From assembly GCA_964579265.1 (NCBI GenBank), contig CAZOFO010000010.1, forward strand, positions 1 to 21,768: a stretch of DNA of 21,768 nt, in the 5' to 3' direction. Shown here one piece after another: positions 17,028 to 21,768 of this stretch. A program made the position numbers and the translations under genes. The first letter of the stretch is position 1; each line of letters begins with the position of its first letter. This DNA is from Candidatus Micrarchaeota archaeon (GTDB lineage: Archaea > B1Sed10-29). A model generated the notes under the pieces. It ran no database searches. It had not been told where the DNA came from and was given only the letters and a program-made list of their open reading frames with translations.

Positions 17028-17372
17028 ATGAAGATAAAAGCAAAAATAAAAAACACAGAAAACCCCGAAAAACTAATGAAAAACATAAAGAAAATAATAC
17101 CAACAGCAGAATTAAACATAATTGAAGAAAAAGTAATAGAAGGAAGAGGAAACTTCAAAGAAATATGGGAACTTGCAGAAAAACAAAAAATAAAGAACAC
17201 ACTAATGCATGAACTTGAAAAAAATAAAAGAAAAGAAAAAACCTTCCTAGAATTGGATAAAACCGCTTCAAGTGAAGGAAAAATATCAACCTACATAAAT
17301 TCAGCATCTGGAAACATAAGACTAGAGATACCCTGGCTAGAAGTGGAAAAAACAAAACAAATTGATGGATAA
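17028..17372 (+). CDS. UPF0201/DUF54-like putative RNA-binding protein
   Basis: N-terminal KIKAKIKNTENPEKL..NI..IIP resembles the TE..EKV..A..N.FP start of this family, with QKI..T and LDK.A...GKIS further on; divergent. Confidence 0.6.
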   Translation: MKIKAKIKNTENPEKLMKNIKKIIPTAELNIIEEKVIEGRGNFKEIWELAEKQKIKNTLMHELEKNKRKEKTFLELDKTASSEGKISTYINSASGNIRLEIPWLEVEKTKQIDG

Positions 17373-17414
17373 AACCCCCTAAAGATAAATATATAGAAAC
17401 ACAAAATACAAAAC

Positions 17415-18566
17415 ATGAAGGAAAAAATACATTTATCTTTCATCAAAACAATTACTGTACTTCTTCTACTTTCAACTATAACTATAGCAGCTGTGGAAGT
17501 AGTTGATCCTATAGAAACAAAACTAGAACCCCAAGAAACACTTGATTTAACCGAAAAATTGTATTCAAATTCTGAAAACATAATAATAAAAATAGAGAAA
17601 AACGAATGGGAAAATGTAACTTCGGAAGAATTTGAAGTATCTACAAGAGAAGTTAACGAAGGAGAAAAACTAAGAATATCGCTAAGAGAAACTCCTGAAG
17701 AGGAAGGAATACACAATAGCACCATAACATTTACTAACAAAGAAGGAGAAACCCAAACTAACTACATAAAATATGATCTTGTAGACAGGACACCTCTAAT
17801 AAATCTCCAATACCCTATAAAAGAAGAACTAGGTAAAGAAACAACCCACATAGGAAAAGTAGCTCCAGGACAAGAAATAATAATACTAGTAGAAAAGGAT
17901 AGAGGAAGAGGCCTAACATTCGACTGGGGAACAGCATCTATAAAAGGTTTGGATCACCAATACCAAGAAATACCTAGAGATAAAGACTTAGAAGAGATTC
18001 TACCCGAACAGACTATTGAGGAAAGAGGAATAGACGGGTTACTAATATCAATAAGAGCAATAGCACCTAGACAAACAGGTGAACACGAATTTGAATTATC
18101 CTTAGGAGGATCAGCACTTTCTTCAACATCCAGGAACTTCACAATAGAAGTAGATGACCACGCATACAGATTCGACATGAAAAACACTTCAAAAACCGCA
18201 GGTGAAAGGTCAGAGATAAAAGCAAAAATAAAAAGCAACTCCATAGCAATAGAAAAATTCACTTATGAACCTATAGCACTTCCAAAAGACTGGGTAGAAG
18301 GAGAAGAAGGCAGAACAGAGAAAGAAATTCAAGTTAACCCAGGAGAAACCAAAGAATTTAATCTACCTATCCGAATAAACCAAGAAGGTAGATACACCTC
18401 CAAATACTCTGTAACTGACTCCAGAGATAACTTTGTAATTGAACAAGAATCAATAATAGATGTTAAACCGACCATCAGATCAAAAATAGGAGGATTTGGA
18501 GAAGGACATAGCCTAACCCTACCTATACTACAACCATTCTATTCCCTACTAAACTTATTCTCATAA
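17415..18566 (+). CDS. Secreted hypothetical protein with probable tandem Ig-like beta domains
   Basis: Sec-type signal MKEKIHLSFIKTITVLLLLSTITIA; beta-strand-rich acidic body including VNPGETKEF.L; amphipathic C-terminus LPILQPFYSLLNLFS. Confidence 0.6.
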   Translation: MKEKIHLSFIKTITVLLLLSTITIAAVEVVDPIETKLEPQETLDLTEKLYSNSENIIIKIEKNEWENVTSEEFEVSTREVNEGEKLRISLRETPEEEGIHNSTITFTNKEGETQTNYIKYDLVDRTPLINLQYPIKEELGKETTHIGKVAPGQEIIILVEKDRGRGLTFDWGTASIKGLDHQYQEIPRDKDLEEILPEQTIEERGIDGLLISIRAIAPRQTGEHEFELSLGGSALSSTSRNFTIEVDDHAYRFDMKNTSKTAGERSEIKAKIKSNSIAIEKFTYEPIALPKDWVEGEEGRTEKEIQVNPGETKEFNLPIRINQEGRYTSKYSVTDSRDNFVIEQESIIDVKPTIRSKIGGFGEGHSLTLPILQPFYSLLNLFS

Positions 18567-18626
18567 TTTCTATGAATCCTTATTTTTATACAATATATAA
18601 AATTCTCCAGCACAACAAGAAAAAAC

Positions 18627-20186
18627 ATGAAACTAGCAAGAGAAGCAATACGAGAAATTCTTGAAAAAGAACTGGAAGAAACTGGAGAAATAGAAAGACT
18701 CAAAAAAAGACTCGCCAAGAAACACAACCTGGACAGAATACCAAAAAACAGCGAGTTACTCGAAGAAGCCACGGACGAAGAAAAAGAAAAGCTCAACCCA
18801 ATACTTAGAAAGAAACCAACCAGAACCCTTTCAGGAGTATCCGTGATAGCAATAATGACAAAGCCGCTTGAATGTCCAGGACAATGCATCTACTGCCCCG
18901 GAGGAAAAGAAAAAAACACCCCTAAAAGCTACACCGGAGAAGAACCGGCAGCGATGAGAGCGGAAAAAAACCAATACAAAGCAAAAAAACAAGTGAAAAA
19001 CAGATTAAATCAATTGAAAAGTATTGGACATCCTACTGATAAAATAGAATTAATTTTAATGGGTGGAACACTATCCTCCCACCCTAAATACATGGAAAAG
19101 TTTGTTAAAAATGCTCTAGATGCTCTTAACCAGGAAAAAAGCAGGAACATAAAAGAAGCAAAGAAGAAAAATGAAGAATCAAGCCACAGATGCATAGGAA
19201 TCACCTTTGAAACTAGGCCCGATTACTGCAAGCAAAAACACGTGGACAAAATGCTAGAATTAGGCGGAACTAGAGTAGAGATAGGAGTACAACACCCTGA
19301 TAACCAGATATACAAAATAATAAAGAGAAAACACACAGTAAAAGACGTGGTAGAAGCCACTGAAGCAGCTAGAACTTCCCTACTCAAAATAAATTACCAC
19401 GTGATGCCCAACCTGCCTGGCTCAACTCCAGAAAAAGATCTTGAAATGTTCAAAGAACTATTCCAAAACAAAGAATACAAACCAGATATGCTTAAAATCT
19501 ATCCAACCTTATTAACAGACCCTGAAAAAACAAAACAAGAAACAGAACTACATAAAAAATGGAAAAAAGGAGAATGGAAACCCTACGGAGAAGAAAAAAC
19601 AATAGATCTTCTAGCAAAAGCCAGAAAACACATACCTAAATACTTGAGAGTGATGAGGACCCAGAGAGACATACCGGCAAACCTCATAAAAAAAGGAGTA
19701 ACATCCAGCAACCTAAGAACATTGGTGGATAAAAAAGCTGAAGAACTAGGAATAAAAACAAAGGAAATAAGATACAGAGAAATAAGAAACGAAGAACCAG
19801 AAAAAACAGAGATAAAAAAGGAGGAATACAGGACAAAAAACACGGAAGAAACATTCATATCAGTAGAAGACCCTGTAAAAGATAAAATAATAGGATTCAC
19901 TAGATTAAGTTTTCCAGAAAAATCAAAAAGACCTGAAATAAATGAAGATACAGCAGGAATAAGAGAACTACACGTATATGGTCCATCAAAATCAATAAAG
20001 GATAAAAAAGATGGAAGAGGAGTCCAACACAAAGGATACGGAGAGAAACTACTTGAAAAAGCTGAAGAAATAGCTAGAAAAAACGGAAAAGAGAAAATGC
20101 TTGTTATATCAGGGATAGGAGCTAGACAGTACTACAGAAAAAAAGGATATAAACTAAAAGAACCTTATATGAAAAAAGAATTATAA
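18627..20186 (+). CDS. elp3: tRNA uridine(34) acetyltransferase Elp3 (radical SAM + GNAT)
   Basis: KPTRTLSGVSVIAIMTKP, CPGQCIYCPG, PKSYTGEEPA, ETRPDYC, LKIYPTL, R.QRDIP, RELHVYG, QHKGYG and VISGIGAR.YY motifs. Confidence 0.97.
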   Translation: MKLAREAIREILEKELEETGEIERLKKRLAKKHNLDRIPKNSELLEEATDEEKEKLNPILRKKPTRTLSGVSVIAIMTKPLECPGQCIYCPGGKEKNTPKSYTGEEPAAMRAEKNQYKAKKQVKNRLNQLKSIGHPTDKIELILMGGTLSSHPKYMEKFVKNALDALNQEKSRNIKEAKKKNEESSHRCIGITFETRPDYCKQKHVDKMLELGGTRVEIGVQHPDNQIYKIIKRKHTVKDVVEATEAARTSLLKINYHVMPNLPGSTPEKDLEMFKELFQNKEYKPDMLKIYPTLLTDPEKTKQETELHKKWKKGEWKPYGEEKTIDLLAKARKHIPKYLRVMRTQRDIPANLIKKGVTSSNLRTLVDKKAEELGIKTKEIRYREIRNEEPEKTEIKKEEYRTKNTEETFISVEDPVKDKIIGFTRLSFPEKSKRPEINEDTAGIRELHVYGPSKSIKDKKDGRGVQHKGYGEKLLEKAEEIARKNGKEKMLVISGIGARQYYRKKGYKLKEPYMKKEL

Positions 20187-20216
20187 GAAACTGAGATTAA
20201 AAAGAAAAATGATAAA

Positions 20217-21542
20217 ATGGAATATTCCGAAAAAATCAAGAAAAAACTGAAAAAAGAGAAAGCATCGGTCCTAGACAGAGTAAAAGTAAAGAAAGGAGAG
20301 AGAACCTACAAAGGAACCTTAATGCCCAACACCGAAATGAGTAACCCAAACTGCATCACAATAAAACTAGAAAACGGTTATAATATTGGAATAGAGAATT
20401 CAAACGATCTGAAAATAGAAAAAATAAAGGAAAAAGAAAAAAAGACTCAAAAAACAGAAATAGAACAGGACGAATCAAAACCACCAATATCAATTATTTC
20501 TACAGGAGGAACTATCTCCAGCAAAGTAGAATACGAAACAGGCGCAGTAGAACCTGCTCTGAACGCCGAAGAAATAATATCAAGAACCCCTGAAATAACT
20601 GACCACGCTTACATTAGAAACTACGAACAGATTGAAAAAATAGCAAGCGAAGATATGCATTCAGAGGTATGGGTAAGAATAGCAAAAAAAGCAGAAGAAG
20701 AACTAAATAATGGTTCAAGAGGAGTAGTAATAACCCATGGAACAGATACAATGCATTACACATCCTCAGCTTTATCTTTCATGCTAGAAAAACTTAACAA
20801 ACCAGTGATATTAACAGGAGCACAAAGATCAATAGACAGAGGATCTACTGATGCTTCAATGAATTTAATATGTTCCTCTATAGCAGCAGCTCAAAGCAAC
20901 ATAGGAGAAGTAGGAATAGTTATGCATGCCACAATGAACGACGATTACTGTTACTTCATAAGAGGTACAAAAGCAAAGAAAATGCACACAAGCAGAAGAG
21001 ACACATTTAGACCAATAAACGATAAACCAGTGGCCCGAATAAAACCAAACGGAGAAATAAATAAACTACAGAAACACAGGAAATACGAAGAAAAAGAAAC
21101 AAAAACAACAGCAACCTTTGAAGAAAAAACAGCCATCATAAAAATACATCCAGAATCAGATCCCGAAATATTCAATCACTACGAAGAAAAAAACTATCAA
21201 GGATACATTATAGAAGGAACAGGACTAGGACACGTACCCACACAAACAGAAAAAACATGGATACCTAAAATAAAAGAAATAACAGAAGAAGGAAAACCAG
21301 TAGCGATCACGAGCCAATGCACTTACGGAAGAACAGACCCAAACGTTTACAAAAACCTCAGAAAACTATACCACGAGGCTGGAGCTACAGAAACCAAAGA
21401 CATGATTACTGAGACAGCTTATACAAAACTAGGATGGTTACTGTCAAAATACCAAGATGTAGAAAAAATTAGAGAAAAACTCAAAGAAAACTTAAGAGGA
21501 GAAATCAAGGAAAGATCAAAACCAGAAACCTTCCTATATTAA
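20217..21542 (+). CDS. gatD: Glutamyl-tRNA(Gln) amidotransferase subunit D
   Basis: GatD N-terminal domain (IKLENGYNIG) plus asparaginase-like motifs STGGTISS, THGTDTMHY, GAQRSIDRGSTD, KMHTSRRDTF and GTGLGHV. Confidence 0.96.
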   Translation: MEYSEKIKKKLKKEKASVLDRVKVKKGERTYKGTLMPNTEMSNPNCITIKLENGYNIGIENSNDLKIEKIKEKEKKTQKTEIEQDESKPPISIISTGGTISSKVEYETGAVEPALNAEEIISRTPEITDHAYIRNYEQIEKIASEDMHSEVWVRIAKKAEEELNNGSRGVVITHGTDTMHYTSSALSFMLEKLNKPVILTGAQRSIDRGSTDASMNLICSSIAAAQSNIGEVGIVMHATMNDDYCYFIRGTKAKKMHTSRRDTFRPINDKPVARIKPNGEINKLQKHRKYEEKETKTTATFEEKTAIIKIHPESDPEIFNHYEEKNYQGYIIEGTGLGHVPTQTEKTWIPKIKEITEEGKPVAITSQCTYGRTDPNVYKNLRKLYHEAGATETKDMITETAYTKLGWLLSKYQDVEKIREKLKENLRGEIKERSKPETFLY

Positions 21543-21555
21543 AGAGGTGTAAAAA

Positions 21556-21768
21556 ATGGATAAAAAAAGAAAAATAATCGGACTAACAGGGTACCACAGG
21601 TCAGGTAAAGACGTGGTAGCTAACTACCTAAAGAAAAACTACGGATTCCAAACACTAACCTTTTCGGATGCTCTCAAGAAAAGGTTAAAGGAAAAAAACA
21701 AAGAAATAACCAAACACAACCTATCAAAAGAAGGAGACGAACTAAGAAAAGAAAAAGGAAGAGCAGGA
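21556..21768 (+). CDS. P-loop nucleoside monophosphate kinase / dephospho-CoA kinase-like protein, 5' part (runs off the right edge)
   Basis: Not in the ORF track. Manual translation gives MDKKRKIIGLTGYHRSGKDVVANYLKKNYGFQTLTFSDALKKRLKEKNKEITKHNLSKEGDELRKEKG, with Walker A GYHRSGKD; RBS GAGGTG. Confidence 0.75.
   Translation, partial: MDKKRKIIGLTGYHRSGKDVVANYLKKNYGFQTLTFSDALKKRLKEKNKEITKHNLSKEGDELRKEKGRAG

Overview
Low-GC archaeal chromosomal segment made mostly of information-processing genes. Compact gene spacing, GGTGA/GAGG-type ribosome-binding sites and a QGALEY-type class III signal peptide suggest a DPANN-like lineage; this is an inference. Gene order: partial hjc and pth2 (-); nurA, herA, a single-repeat (half-size) TBP, rpoK and rps17e (+); rad50 and tfb (-); a Mut7-C RNase (+); EF-1beta and an HVO_2753-type zinc finger (-); tRNA-Arg(GCG); a pilin-signal surface protein with seven B-repeat-like domains and a perfect 690-bp internal duplication; an Lrp/AsnC regulator (-) divergent from an apparently catalytically dead class III ribonucleotide reductase homolog; thpR; a membrane protein with a degenerate transglutaminase-like domain and a probable winged helix; cca; a UPF0201-like protein; a secreted Ig-like protein; elp3; gatD; and a partial NMP-kinase-like gene. 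No CRISPR array, rRNA or mobile element was seen. The most notable items are the intact 91-aa one-repeat TBP, the NrdD-like pseudoenzyme (no cysteine in its core, no glycyl-radical domain) facing an Lrp regulator, the pseudo-transglutaminase/winged-helix membrane protein and the freshly duplicated adhesin-like gene. All family calls come from motif recognition by eye, not from database searches.
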